A DNA stretch of 64,000 nucleotides, taken from the NCBI GenBank assembly GCA_964016885.1, contig OZ024740.1:274040001-274104000 (forward strand). The letters run 5' to 3'. The stretch is from Eledone cirrhosa (taxonomy: Eukaryota). Position 1 is the first letter of the stretch. The number at the start of each line of letters is the position of its first letter. The position numbers and the translations under genes are program-made. Shown here one piece after another: positions 1-14,399 of the stretch. The notes below the pieces were generated by a model, which saw nothing but the letters and a program-made list of their open reading frames with translations, did not search any database and was not told the DNA's origin.

Positions 1-494
1 GTGCATGTGGCAAACAACCATATTGTTAGTCTGTTGTCTAACATCCTCTTGCATAAAACATGTTATTAATACTGTTGTTGTTTTTGTTGCTGTTGGCATT
101 ATTATTATTGTGGTCAGTATGGTAATTTTGCAAAATCGTTAGAGTGTGGGATAAAATGTTAATGAAGGTCTGTGTAAATTCTGGGTTCAAATATTGCTGA
201 GGCCTCACATTGCTTTTCATCATGCCAAGGTTTTTTTTAAAACTAAGTACCATTCAATCTTTGAAGTTTATTTTATTGACTATCCCCACAAAATATTTCA
301 GGCCTTATCCTTATGTTAGAATTGTGGTGAATTGGCATTATCATTAGTGTTTGTAGTATTTAGTTCCATCCCTTTTATTTTATCATTCTGCAGAGGTTGA
401 ATTTACCTTTCATCATTCTGGGATCAATAACAAAATAACAGTCAAGTTCTTGAGACCCCTCAGTCACGAATTCCCATGTAATTTGCACCTAGAA

Positions 495-785
495 AGTTCC
501 CCTCAGAGCCAGAAGTCTGTGCAAGTTTGTCTGTGGAAGACCAGTAGACGCCCATACATACCAGTCTTCCCTCTCCACACCACTGATGTTATCCAAGGGA
601 AAGGCAAATGCTGATACAGCTTGGCACCAGTGACATCACAACTCATTTCTACCACTGAGTGAACTGGAACAACAAGAAATAAAGTGTCTTGCTGAAGAGC
701 ACAATGCAAAATCCAGTCAAACATTCAAACTCTTAACCTCGCGATTGCAAGCCCAATGCTCTAACCACTAAGCTATGTGTCTTCA
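495..785 (-). mobile_element. tRNA-derived SINE (family B variant)
   Basis: Minus strand starts with tRNA-like A box (cacatagcttagtggttagagc). Body GTGAACTGGAACAA...AAATAAAGTGTCTTGCT is shared with copies at 23.3 and 25.4 kb. Confidence 0.7.
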
Positions 786-1290
786 CGTGCAGAGAAGTAT
801 TGCAGCTGATATAATCAACTATTTCCTCTCCATCTAAATTGATGAAAAACAACTAGCCACTCTTTAACAGAGTATATTCAGTCTATGGCCCATGGATAGC
901 TTCCAGAAATCCCTAGCTTGGTAGTGTTACCAAGAGGCATTGCCAGTTCAAAATAACCGCTAGAGCATGGAAGTGCCAGCGATCTGCACAGAGTGATGAA
1001 ACCAATCATGCATGCAGTCAGTAAATGTTAGTTGTATTTGTTAAATATTTTTAACACGATAAACCTTACATTGTACTGTCTGATACCATCCTGTAACATC
1101 CTCAATGTTTTCTTAATTTGGCTAATACACAAATCATTATTATTACTAGCAGAAAACCACCCGTAGTATTTAGTTCCACCCCTTTTATATTATCATTCTA
1201 GTACTTTAGGTGGTTGTCTACTAGCCTGTGTAGGTGTGAATATTGATATTATACGCAAGTATATATACATGTAGATATGATTATTATAAG

Positions 1291-1505
1291 AGTGGTGCAG
1301 TGGCAGTATCAGTAGAGTGCTGCACACCCTGCATTGCGGCATAGAATTACGGCCCTTTCTGTGTTCAAATCCTGCCGAGATTAGCTTTGCCATTTTATCC
1401 TAATGGGGTTGATAAAATAAAGCAACAGTAACATACTGGGGCCAATTTAATTCACTTTCCCCTCTCCCCAAATTACTGGCTTTGTGCCCACATTAGAAAT
1501 TATTA
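1291..1505 (+). mobile_element. tRNA-derived SINE (family A)
   Basis: tggcagtatcagtagag A-box-like and gttcaaatcc B box, then the family body ending ttagaaattatt. Confidence 0.75.
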
Positions 1506-1729
1506 ATATTATTAGTAGTAGTTGAGTCTGAACGGACGTCTTTTTGCTCGCTCCCGTAAGTTCACTTATTTACCTATCAAAACTGATTTATTGAATTATT
1601 TGTTGTGTGTAAGGCATACAATCCCTTGGACTTTGCCCTGTGAAGGGGAAAGAATAATATTTGGGCCATTTGGCCCAAATATTTGAACTTTTTTACATTT
1701 TAAAAAATTATCGAGAAAAAAAAAAAACA

Positions 1730-3700
1730 TGGCTGAGACCCCCCCCCCCCCCCCCTCCCCCCAGCGATATGTCTGCTGTCGTACGACAACGACGTAGAAG
1801 TTGAGAGGAGCGCTACAGCGAAATTAACCGATATTGATAACACAAACACCATCACAAACAATGTAAACAAAGACACCAATGATACCAAGAAGAACTCTAA
1901 TTTTGAAAAAAAAAAGCCGTAGCAGTGACAACGAAAATACAGATAACAAAAAAAAATGACAAATGCAACAACACTATCAACACCACTAACATGAAAACAA
2001 ATAGCGACAACACCAACAGCAACAATACCAACTGCACCGAGAACAACGGTGGCACCAAAGACAACAATGATAACAGCGACAGTGATAACAACAACACCAA
2101 CAAGAACAACGACAACAACAGCTAGAAGAACACTTTCGCTGCGGCAGCAGCAAAAAAGAGGCCATGCTTCAAAATGGACCTCTCAAACAAAGATGAAAAG
2201 TTGGACCAGGCATGGAAGTTCATCAAGCAAGAGCAAACTTGGGCCAACTTAACTGTCTCGGTAGAAGCTATTGAGGCAGTGGAGCGCAGAACGGTGCATT
2301 ATAGATGCATCTCAGCACAAACCAAAAGAGCAGCTTTAATCCAACAAGTAGATGTCGAAGTCGCGCTGAGGTGCATCAGATAAGACACCGAATACATAGA
2401 GAGAGGCAGACAGTACGGATTCATTTCGGTGCTGTTCAAGTCAGAAGCCCTCGCTATGAAACACGCTATGACTCCTTGCAAAACCAGCAAGGTCATAATG
2501 TACCCCTCCCACATGGGAAAAAGAACGGCCCGTCTCCGCATTCCCAGAATCCCACCAGGACTTGACATGTGGTGGCTTCTGGGATGTGTGATTGTGGAGA
2601 GGACGGATACCGTCCCGATAGAAGTGACCAGAATTGCCAGAGAGGAGTGGCCCGGGGTTGACCTGGAGATCCTTCTCCAGATAAGGCCCAAGAATGTGAA
2701 GACAATCCCGGACCACATCCGCCTTCAGAATGGGACGGTCATTCATGTTATAACCGAGGGCAAAGGCCGCATTGTTTTGTTTGTGGGGAAAAAACGCATT
2801 TGCGAGACTTCTACCCCCAACTGCTGAAAGATGCAAGGGGTCGAAAGGCTGCACTGCTGCCGACGCCGGGACGAGGACCACAAACAACACCAGCACCGGC
2901 AAAACCACCAACAACAACAACACCAATAGAAAAAACACCACCAACATTGACCACCCAAGGGGGAAACGAGGAAAGCTGTCAAATTCCCCCTCCCCCCCAA
3001 AATACACACACCAATAAAACCTTAAACATACATACAAACACACTTACAGACACAGACCCCTCATCTACCAGTAGTGAAGATGAGGGAAATCCAAAATCCC
3101 CCAAAATACAAAAAAGGAAACACAAAAAGGAAAAAAAACTCAACAAAGCACAAAAGCACCCACAATAAAAAACGCAGACACCACCCACGCAAACATCTCT
3201 CCAATAACACCAACATCGACACCACCATCACCATCACCAGAATCCCCCAAACGCAAACAACCTAAACAGACGCAAAAACAAATACACTCACAAACATCTG
3301 AAACCACAGACGCCGCACTCACAACAAACACAGACACAACCGAAACAACACCACCAAAACCATCACCACCAAACCCACGCAAAAAAATAAAATCACACCA
3401 ACAAAACATACAAAACTTCGTGCTCGTCAGGAGGGCCAACAAGGAACTGATGGCCCTCGTAGCACGAAGTGAAAATATACAAAAGAGGGGGTAATTTTTA
3501 AATCGAGCAAATTTCGCGTGCCGGAAGATTTGTCTCTGGTGCAAATGTCGCTCGATGTATACAAAGAGATACGAGACAGCTTTCCTCTGGACGTGGGAAC
3601 CCCGAACGTAAAACCCACTTCAAGACTTTTAAAGGGGTTCTCAAAAGAAACCCCACCAACTATGGAGGTCGAACCACCCGACCTTCACAAGAGCCCGGAA
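1730..3700 (+). pseudogene. LINE ORF1 (gag-like, zinc knuckle), disrupted
   Basis: Asn/Thr-rich low-complexity segments flank a core (ORFs 2174-2383, 2429-2827). Degenerate CX2CX4HX4C knuckle CFVCGEKTHLRDFY at about 2773-2815. Confidence 0.6.
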
Positions 3701-3759
3701 GGTAAGTAAACCTTTCCTCTCTCTCTTTTTAACCTGCCAACACGGCCGTATTAAGAGTA

Positions 3760-6700
3760 GGAAGTTTAAATGTTCGAGGCCTGGGATCCTCAGGTCTCTA
3801 GAAATGGGTGTAATTGCCGTCAGCGAGACCAGGATTTCCGATACGCGCGCACTAGCCTCCATTTTCGACGACTATCAGATCTTTGCATCTGTTAGCCGGT
3901 CGGGAATGGAAGGCGGGGTGGCAGTGCTGTTTAGGAAAGGCCTGGATCTCGAGGTAAGGTCGATCTTCCGGACCAGGATGGGAAGTTGTTGGTCCTGGAC
4001 GTGAACAATGACGAAGGTGGTGTTTTTAGACTGGTGGCCTTCTATGCCCCTGCTGAGGCAGGACGGCCGGACTTCTTTAGACGCCTGGAAGCCTTTCTGG
4101 GTACGTCTCACCCTTTACTGTTAGCGGGGGACTGGAACGGCATCTTAGACGCATGCTGGGACTGTGTGGGAGTATCCGATAGGAGTGGGGCTGCAAAAGC
4201 CTCATGAACCTCATGGGGGTGCAACTGCCTGACAGGTACCGACTAGATTTCCCTAATGCGCCAGTGTGGACCTGAACTAACCGCATAGGGTCATCTAAAT
4301 CGTATATAGACAGGATATTCATTAGGAAAATGGACACAAATAGTGTGAGCTGTCCACCTTTTGAAACGGTCGCCTATTCAGATCACAAGTTTGTGATCTG
4401 TAACGTCTACCTAGATAAGACGCGTAGGTTAGGACCTGGTTACTGGAAGCTAAAGATGTCATTTCCGGCACGTAAGGCTTACAGGGACCACGTCAACAAT
4501 TTAGTTAAGAAAAGGTTGACAGGGGGAATCGTCAACCATAGATGGTGGGGGTCTCTCAACAGAGAGATTAGAGTAATGTCGATAGAGTTTAGCAAAGAAG
4601 TAGCATTAGAGAAAAATAGAAAGGAGGGGAGTTGGTAGATAAGTTGACGAGGCTATTGGTAGTGGTATTGCAACTGACGTGCTAGCGGTGAGAATGGCAT
4701 TAGACCATTTCTTCAATGCGAAACACGAAAGTTGCATTGTCAGAGCTAAGGCGCGTGTTCTGAGAAATGAGGGAACCAAAGCTGTTCGATGGGCCCGCGT
4801 GGCAGAGGCGCAGGGTGGTAATAAAACCACGATTCGGTCTTTGACGGACCGAGACGGACACGAGCTGAGCGATTCCAAGCGGATGTGTGAGGCCTTTCGC
4901 CAACATTTTGCTCGGTTGTTCAGGGGAAGTGGCGGGTCAGAGACGGTGGCGGACTTCAGTCGCTACCTCGATGGCTTGTCGCAACTCTCGACAGCTGACG
5001 CTGGGCCCTGCGAGAGGCCAATTACTTCAGCCGAGATTCAGGATGCCCTTGTCGGCTGCATGAGGCGCAAGTCACCCGGTTTGGATGCTCTCCCCTAGGA
5101 GCTTTACGTAAATATGCCAGACTTGTTCTCCAACTTCCTTGAAGCCCTCTACTAAAACTGGCAGCAAAACGGGAGTATTCCCAGTTCAGTGAGCCGGGGC
5201 GTAGTGACGCTGATAAGGAAGGACGAGAACAAGAGGGCCACATTAGACAATTTCAGGCCCATAACTCTGCTCAACACAGAGTTTAAGATTTTGGCCAGGG
5301 TGTTAGCGAAGAGGTAGGCGCTTGTCGTCGGGGATTTGGTTGAGGAGGCGTAAACTTGCGCAATCCCAACCTGGTCCATACACGACAATCTCCACCTAAT
5401 GCGATACATCATAAAGAGAGTAGGGTTTAAACATGGCTTTGGTGGGGCTCTGATCAATTTAGATCAATCGAAAGCATTCGATAGGGTCAACCATCGGTAC
5501 CTGGATGCTGTCCTCAAGGCGGCTGGCTTCGGCCCCGTTTTCAGAAGCTGAATCGCTGCAATGCACAGCGACACCTGCTCGGTGGTCAAAATTGATGACC
5601 ACCTTTCGGAACCGTTTCAGGTCTCCCGATCGGTCCGTCAAGGGTGCCCTCTCTCCTCCCTTCTGTACGTATTGACTCTCGAGCCTTTACTGCGGAAGCT
5701 GGAAGTGTTGCAGGGCATCCCGCCCGAACCGGGACGCGGAAAGACTGCGTCGACTTATGCGGACGACATCACCGTGATGGTGTTGGACACCTCAGAAATC
5801 GAGGTGGTCGGCAACTTATTGTAGGAATATGAAAGGTTGACGGGAGCAAAACTTAACCCGGAAAAGTCGGTGGGCTTGCAACTCGGCACCTGGAGAGGCA
5901 AGCCCATGCCGTCCAACAGCGTCGTTAGGCGCTGGACGGACGACCCGGTAAAGTTGCTCGGGGTTTGGTTCGGGCCAGACCTCTAGGTGGATAAGAATTG
6001 GGACGAGGTGACGCGCAGGGTAGCCAGTCTCACACCTAAATGGGATGGGAGGAAGCTATCACTGAAAGGTCGGGCGGAGGTGGCGAACGCATACATGCGT
6101 CCGTCATCTACTACCGTCTGACCGTCGTCCCTTGCCCCCATTCGCGCCTCGCCATCTTGGAACGGCTCCTCTTCAAATTCTTGTGGAGGGATCAGGTTCC
6201 ACTGGTGAGGCGGTCCATCTGCTGCCAGTACCCTCTACGTGGAGGGCTGGGCATGCCGTGGCTAATGATGCGCAGACACGCGCTGAGACTGCGGCATCTC
6301 CAGATATTCTGCCTAAACGGTGAACAGAAAGTGCGACGACGCACTTGGAGAGGCTCTGGGAGTCGACGAAGTCGAACTAACCAGTCTGTTGCTGAGGACT
6401 TTCGAGCCGGGAACAATGGACAATTTCAAAAAATCCCTCGCTTGGCAGTGCTACCGGGGGGCACGGCCGGTTCGAGATAAACTCTACAGGCACGGAAGTG
6501 CTGTCAAACGGACCTTCCCGAGACGCGCGCAGAGCCACGAAACCGTTTTGCACGCACTCGTCCTTAGACCGTGCATTACTGACCGTGCATTACTGAGTTA
6601 TCTCGAACAGCTGTTGTCGCGTGTAGAACGGATCCGGCTATCGGCCGAGTCCATAGTGAAGATCGGCCCGCCGCCTTCTTTTGGCCAGGAAGGGCAGGCA

Positions 6701-6919
6701 ATTTTCCTCTGTTTGGTGGCAGTGGCGAAAGAGGTTGTTTGGTGGACGAGGTTGAAAGGACTGAAGACAGACACTTTTCTGTTCGGCCAATCTCTCATCA
6801 ACTTTTTCAAGGTGAGGGTGGAGAGAGAAGTGCTGCCCCCCAGTACATTTGCTGAAAGGTGGGTGAATGTGACGAGAATGTCCCGTGTGAGTGGGCCTAC
6901 TCTGATCATGCAGCTGTAG
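3760..6919 (+). pseudogene. LINE ORF2: AP endonuclease + reverse transcriptase, disrupted
   Basis: APE motifs VSETR, GGVAVL, AGDWNGIL, YIDRIF, SDHK, GYWKL. RT motifs KSPGLD, FRPITLLNTEFKILA, DQSKAFDRV, RQGCPLS, YADD. C-terminal ETVLHAL. Confidence 0.92.
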
Positions 6920-7171
6920 GTGGATAAATTTGAGGAGGAGAGGGGTGCCCTTCCAGGGTGCTCTCGAAGCGTCAGGTTGTTCAGGATTAGTGGGGTACCT
7001 GAGCGAACCCTGGGTGGTCATCCCCCTATTGGGGAATTTTTCTTGTTGTATTTTATTGTTACTTTGTTATTGTTATTCATATTGTTTACTCGATTTTTAT
7101 GTAAAAACCCACTGTCCCAGTCTTTTGTATTGTCCCCTATATATCGGCCCTTGTGGCCAATAAATGAAATC

Positions 7172-7196
7172 ATTATTAGTAGTAGTAGTGGTGATT

Positions 7197-7259
<63 letters not shown>

Positions 7260-7280
7260 TCACTGTAGTAGTAGTAGTAT
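7172..7280. repeat. (TAG)n microsatellite
   Basis: Direct reading. Confidence 0.95.
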
Positions 7281-7748
7281 CATTGTCTTTGTCATTTATT
7301 GTTCGAGTCCTTAACATTTCTGGCCAAATATATTGACTTCAAATCCCACTATGGTTGACCATGCTTTGTATCCTTTTGGAGCATACTAAAATAAAGTGCT
7401 AGTAAATTTCTGGATTAGTATAATCGATTGTACCGTCCCCAACACAAAGCAAACAAGAAGTTTGATGTCGTTCAACAAGTCAGGAACTACAACCTACAAA
7501 TTGGAAGAGTCACAAATCAGAAAATGCCCTCAAAATATCCATGAGAAATTTAAAAGCATGCTGTTTACAGATGGTGATCAGTCTCTTTCTTAACACTACT
7601 GTTGTTGTTGTTGTATATTTTTGATGAATTCATATCTTTGTTGTTGTTATTTTTGTTGGTAAAGCTGTTGCGGCTGTTGTTGCTGCTGCTGTTGTTTTAA
7701 GTCGATGTTGCTGTTGTTGATGCTTAATATTACATATATTTATATACA

Positions 7749-7800
7749 CTAGCTGATGCACCCAGCTTCGCTTTGATAAACCGATGAGAATAACAATGGT
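7749..7800 (-). mobile_element. Helitron 3' terminus fragment
   Basis: Minus strand ...gctgggtgcatcagCTAG|t, near-identical to the Helitron end at 51606. Confidence 0.55.
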
Positions 7801-9370
7801 AATGAATAACTACCACCGTAAAATATAACATGATCCACATGACACGTGCAATGTGTCCGAACACATAAGAGCTGAACTCCCACTGTCGTCACCTCCATCT
7901 CTCTCACCCACCCCATCTCTCTGTATTATGAGCAAATGGGGTCCCATGTGCTGACCGCCCCACAATCCCGAGGGACAGAATGGAGAAGCCGTTTTCCTGT
8001 AAGGTAGAGGAGATGTGCTGGAAGAGCCATTCCATAATGCTTCTCACCATGAACAGTTAGTTTGCTTTTATTTGTATTTATCTTGTGGACCAAAGTTCTG
8101 ACCTGTCTTAATATATTTGAATACATTTTGTCCCATATCCTGATTGAACAAACCCACTTGTCTCCTGACCTCTTCTCTATATCATACTTTTTATTGTGTG
8201 TATTGGCTCTTTTTGTCAATAAAGACAGGATTACTATTATTATTGATGTTTTCAACAGTTATTTGCAGGTACCTACTGCACCATGAAGAACACCACAGTG
8301 TTACTCAGTGTAGCATTGTCTTCTGGGAATATAGAATTGTGTTTATATACAATATCATCTTTTTTCTTTGTTGTGGGAATTGATTTGTTATTTCTAGCAT
8401 TTATTTAGTGATTTGTCTGTTGTGCAGACTATATATAATGTGAATTGTATTATTGGGTTTGGTGCCGTTTATGCTTTGTATGTGTCAAGTAATTGGTGTT
8501 ATGTATGTTAGTATTAGATGGTTATTGTGTACATTATGTGCTGTGGGGATTGTATTAATGTGTAGAGTATTATTTGCATATGCTGTTGATGTTATAGCAT
8601 TGGGTATCGATTATATATTATTTGGTTAGAGAGTGATTGCATAGAGTGTGTGTTGTCTTATTATATTACATGGCAATTGTATAGGGCATGTGTTGTGTAC
8701 AGAGGTTATAATGTTTTAGTTACGCTATTCAACTGAAAATTACATGTGCTGCTCTTGTTATTGTTGTTACTGTATAGCATAATACTCTGATCCAGTAGAC
8801 CTATGTTCAAAAGCATGTGAGGCAAGTTCATGTCTTTTACAGGATAGCTGAGACTACATTATGTAAAATAGACTTCCAGTATTAACAAAGCAGTTTGTGA
8901 TATCTTAGCCTGTTAAATGCCCACATAAAGACTCACATTGGATCACTGGGATAATCACTGTATGCTGTGTATGTATTAATCTTTTTATTTTTGTTGTGTC
9001 CTAGTCAATACTGCTCACCCTTTTAGAATATATTTCTAGAACTACATCATCCAATATGCATATTTTTCCTTTTTTAACACAGTGGGATTTCACTGCTCCA
9101 TTTTGCGGAGTGAATCGTATTGTTAAGGGAATAGGCTGTGCCTAAAAGGTGGCATTTCAGGAGCTGCAAGTTTGTGTGTCCTGGTAATGGCATTCATATC
9201 TTTCTATATATGTTTTATCATACCTAATGCTCACATTTTATTGGTGTTGTTTTTCACTTTTATATCCCACATTATGCTTTCTTGATATCTAGATTCAATA
9301 TTTTAGTCAAAAGGAATTATGATATCTATCTGAGTACAGGTATTTGTTTCCATTATTGATAAATATATCA

Positions 9371-9535
9371 GGGCAGTGGATTGGCAGTATCAGTAGAGGG
9401 TCAGACGCCATGCTTTACAGCATAGAGTTACGGCCCTTTATGATCTGAGTTCAAACCCTGCCGAGATTAACTTTGCCTTTCTTCCTTATGGTGTCGATAA
9501 AATAAAGTACCAGTCACGCACTGGGGTTGATATAA
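9371..9535 (+). mobile_element. SINE family A
   Basis: ggcagtggattggcagtatc...gagttcaaaccctgccgag...gtcgataaaataaagtaccag. Confidence 0.85.
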
Positions 9536-9782
9536 TTTCTATATAAGAAACCATTATTGATAAATATATATAGACAGCTTACTTTGATCAGTCAGGATGA
9601 GCATGTGCCAGATAAATGTGACAATATTTTTGTCTAGAGTTATCCTGGTCACTGATCCTAGAGGCATCATCTGGCATAGAGCTGACCAGGTCCACCATCA
9701 CTGGCAGTCCATCACTGGCAGTCCTATGCCAGGCCATCAGTGTCCTTCTGTGTGACGTCAAGCTTCTAGGGATCTTCCTTAA

Positions 9783-10194
9783 CCCTTTAGCATTTAAACC
9801 GGCCAGAATTCTATCACATCTTCCTGTGCAAACCAACCATATCTGGCCAGAATTCTCTCACCTCTTCCTATTCAAACCAACCATAACTGGTCACTCATAC
9901 TGACATTAAGGTATTGTTCTCAAAATAAATGGTTTCTTATATAGGCACAAGACCATCAATTTGGGGAGAGGGGAAAGTCGATCAAATTGACCCCAGTGCA
10001 TGACTGGTACTTTATTTTATCGACCCTGTAAGAATGAAAGGCAAACTTAACTTCGGAGGTATTTGAACTCAGATCATAAAGGGCTGTTATATCAAAATCT
10101 CATAGATTTGATACTATGTGAGATCATTTTGTAAGATAAAGCATTTACCATGAAAATACAATAGTAAATATAGAGTAATGTAAATGCTAAAGGG
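9783..10194. mobile_element. piggyBac-type MITE with nested SINE
   Basis: TTAA|CCCTTTAGCATTTA ... TAAATGCTAAAGGG|TTAA: 14-bp TIRs and a TTAA target duplication. SINE A on the minus strand at about 9935-10086. Confidence 0.8.
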
Positions 10195-11799
10195 TTAAAC
10201 ATGTCCTGCTATCTGGTGTGGGACTTGTGTTGCATAGTCAGCACTTTTTGTTAGCATCTCTTTTCGATTATTTTATTTTTCTAATTTATTTGTGACTAAT
10301 GTGCAGCTAAAACACATTTTCTGTTATTGCTTTTTTTAGCTATTGTTGATTTTGCCTCTGACTTATTTCGTTTTTGACAAATCTTTCTGAGTATTGGAGA
10401 TGGAGTAGTTTTTCTCGCCCTTTATCATTCAATATATTATGGAATCTTGTTTTTATAATGTCTTGATATTTAACTTTTTCTGCTATTTTGTTATCTAAGT
10501 CAGTGGTCCAAACCACTGGGCCACAGGCTATTTGGTACCAGGCTGCACAGAAAGAATAAAAACTGCTTTTTTTTTCCATTTTATTGCTAACAGATGTTTT
10601 ATTTTGAAAATTGACCACTTTCGTTGTACCTCTTTTCAGTGCTTGTTTCCATTCACACAAGCCAACCTTAGCATGATGTATTCAGAATGCTGTTTTTTTG
10701 TTTATTTCTCGTATCAGCTTCATGTATGCCAAAGTAATTGTACAAGATATCCTGGTCTAATTTTCTAATGGCTGTGTCCATATCTAATGTAATGTTCTAA
10801 ATGTAACTAAATTTACATCTTAGCATATTTGTCTCATTTCATATTTCTTTTTATATCTTGGCTGAATATATGAAGTCTTGTTCGTCTTTTACCTATCTAT
10901 TGTCACTTGTTCTAAAATCATTTATATTGAGAGGTGTTATGCTTTGTCTGTGTCGTTTGTAGCATCAGTAGTTCTGTTTAATATATTATTAATTGATTCA
11001 TACCTAAGCAAATGTCTTGAAGGAGGGAATGAGTGCTCTTAAAGTTTCTTTTCTTATGATACCGGAAAGATTTTAATTATGCACTTGTTGCCTTGTAATA
11101 TATCATTCTCTCTACAGTGGCATATTTCTGTAGATGGAATCATATGATTAGTTATATTCTGATAAGGAGACGATGATCCCTTATATTTTTCATGATGGAT
11201 GCTTCTAAAGAAAAACTTGTTATATCTCCATTAAATTTACTTTAAATCATCTACAGAATGTTATGAATTAGCATACATATTGTTTAATGATATCTCCAAA
11301 ACAAAGTATATCCTGCAAATTGAATTATTTCAGATATATTCTACATCCTATTTGGCAGGGAAAGTTACTTCTAATGAGGAGACAATAATCTCTGAAATGC
11401 AGAAAGATGGTATCTTACGTTTTCTTCATTGGTGACATTTAAAAGTTGATATCACTTATTTCAAAAGCTTCCAAGAAGGAATTTACAGAGCCAAAAAATT
11501 ATATTCTTGCTTTTTACATAAGCATTCACCCCACAGCATATGTTTTAGGATCCATCATTCGTACAATGTGCCATGTCCAAAAATAACTGTGCTTGTATAC
11601 AATGGCACCAATGCACAAGACTTCAACAGATCTCAAAATCTCTGTTTGTGTAGTCTTGAGGAGCAAATAACATTTTGCAGTACACCTATAACATCCCTGA
11701 TGAATATGCTCAAGACTTATTTGAGTATTGCAAAAGATCTGTGTTACACACAGGCATAAGAAATATACAGCAATTTTCTTTATGTATTTATATATTGTG

Positions 11800-12440
<641 letters not shown>

Positions 12441-12859
12441 CATACACCAACACACACATGATTTATAGATTTCTAAACAAATAACCAATATGATAACCAG
12501 GAGTATTTATTGGCATGGTGTGCATCTTGGCACATACCATCATTTCTATAACTGCAAATTAATTTGGTTTTCTGTCTTGTCATCATAGGTAGTGTAATAG
12601 TAATAGAAACGCGGAATGAAGCAAGCTAATCAAAGCTGCTGACAAATTTTGTAGCCTAAGAGGAACAGATAATTAAGATCAATCCCTCTATGTAACACCC
12701 CAACAAATACATATATATATATATATGAATACATACACATGCACACATACACATGCAGACATACGCATGCACACACTCAGTTATATCTATATATTTATAC
12801 ACAGACATCTACATATGTATATTTATAGATATCAATATGTGTATGTGTATTTAGTCATA

Positions 12860-13280
<421 letters not shown>

Positions 13281-14255
13281 TACAGAGACAGAGCATGTGT
13301 CAAAGTTTCAGTGTGTATGTAGGCATCTAATATGAAATTAGTGATGCAGAAAATTGAGGTAGAACCAAAGCAAAATAGCTGTTAGCATACCATCGACACC
13401 CACTATGAAACATCTACAAATTTTCATAGATATGAGTTGCCTTATGAATTGATTTCATTAAAAGAATAAAGTATAATATATGATGAGAGAGAGTGAGTGA
13501 AAGAGCGTAACAGATTGCAAGTGAGAGAGAGTGTGTGAGAGAGTGAAGGGGGAGAGAGAGAGAGAGAGAGAAGGAGAAAGAAAGAAAAAAAAGAAAATTA
13601 TTAGAAGGGATAGAAAAGAAAAAGAAATTACACAGGTATTATGTGTGAAGAAATTATCACTCGCCATGTAACTTTAGCAGTATTTGAGTTTGATGAATAT
13701 GACTATGCCTTTAGGGTCCTTCTTGATCATCTCTGAAATATATATACTTATTTAAGATACCACAAAATAGCTCCATAATATATGAAAATTGCTATGGAAA
13801 GAACATTTTGTTTTTCAGAGTATTAACTCCTTTCCTGAAATATAACAGGTAACTATAACAATGATATAGTCCCCTCTTATTTGACCTATCGTATTTTGAT
13901 ATTTCAATGTTAACTTTTTTTATTTATTAAGATTTCATTGCTGTCTTATTAGACTGTTTAAAAATCTATATCCCGAAAAAAGAAAATATAGAACAGCAGT
14001 TACTCGTAATATTATCAAATATATTTTTGCAGTTTCTATTCATGATGTTTCTGTCACTCTAATTCCTATTTAACTACATTGCATCCAATGTTACAACATT
14101 CAAAATTGATGTATGTTGTCGGTTGTGTGTGTGTTGTAAATTTAAATGACAACTAAAAAACCTGGTAATAAGTGATTATAAATTTAGAGTTATTTTCACT
14201 ACCTAAGTTGTCAATTGCATGTTTGACCTGCTAGCAGCTTTTTTTTTTTTTAGAT

Positions 14256-14399
14256 GCCCATGTAGTTATGAATTGATAGAGAGACAGGCACACTCATGAT
14301 CCAGCCCATGTAGTTATGAATTGATAGAGAGACAGGCACACTCATGATCCAGCCCATGTAGTTATGAATTGATAGAGAGACAGGCACACTCATGATCCA
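14256..14399. repeat. Perfect 48-bp tandem repeat x3
   Basis: Unit gcccatgtagttatgaattgatagagagacaggcacactcatgatcca, no spacers. Confidence 0.95.

Larger units (their letters stand above)
1523..7171 (+). mobile_element. Full-length decayed Tx1/L1-clade non-LTR retrotransposon
   Basis: Two-ORF layout. 3' end cccttgtggccaataaatgaaatc. 15-bp target-site duplication attattagtagtagt at 1508-1522 and 7172-7186. Many stops and frameshifts. Confidence 0.9.

Noticed and set aside
11100-11760. Possible host exon(s)
   Set aside because: Stops in all plus-strand frames and no recognisable domain. The CTGATGA at 11697 lacks a following GAAA core.
14256-14399. CRISPR-like array
   Set aside because: Contiguous identical units without spacers, eukaryotic context and no cas genes. 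The same applies to 58803-58914.
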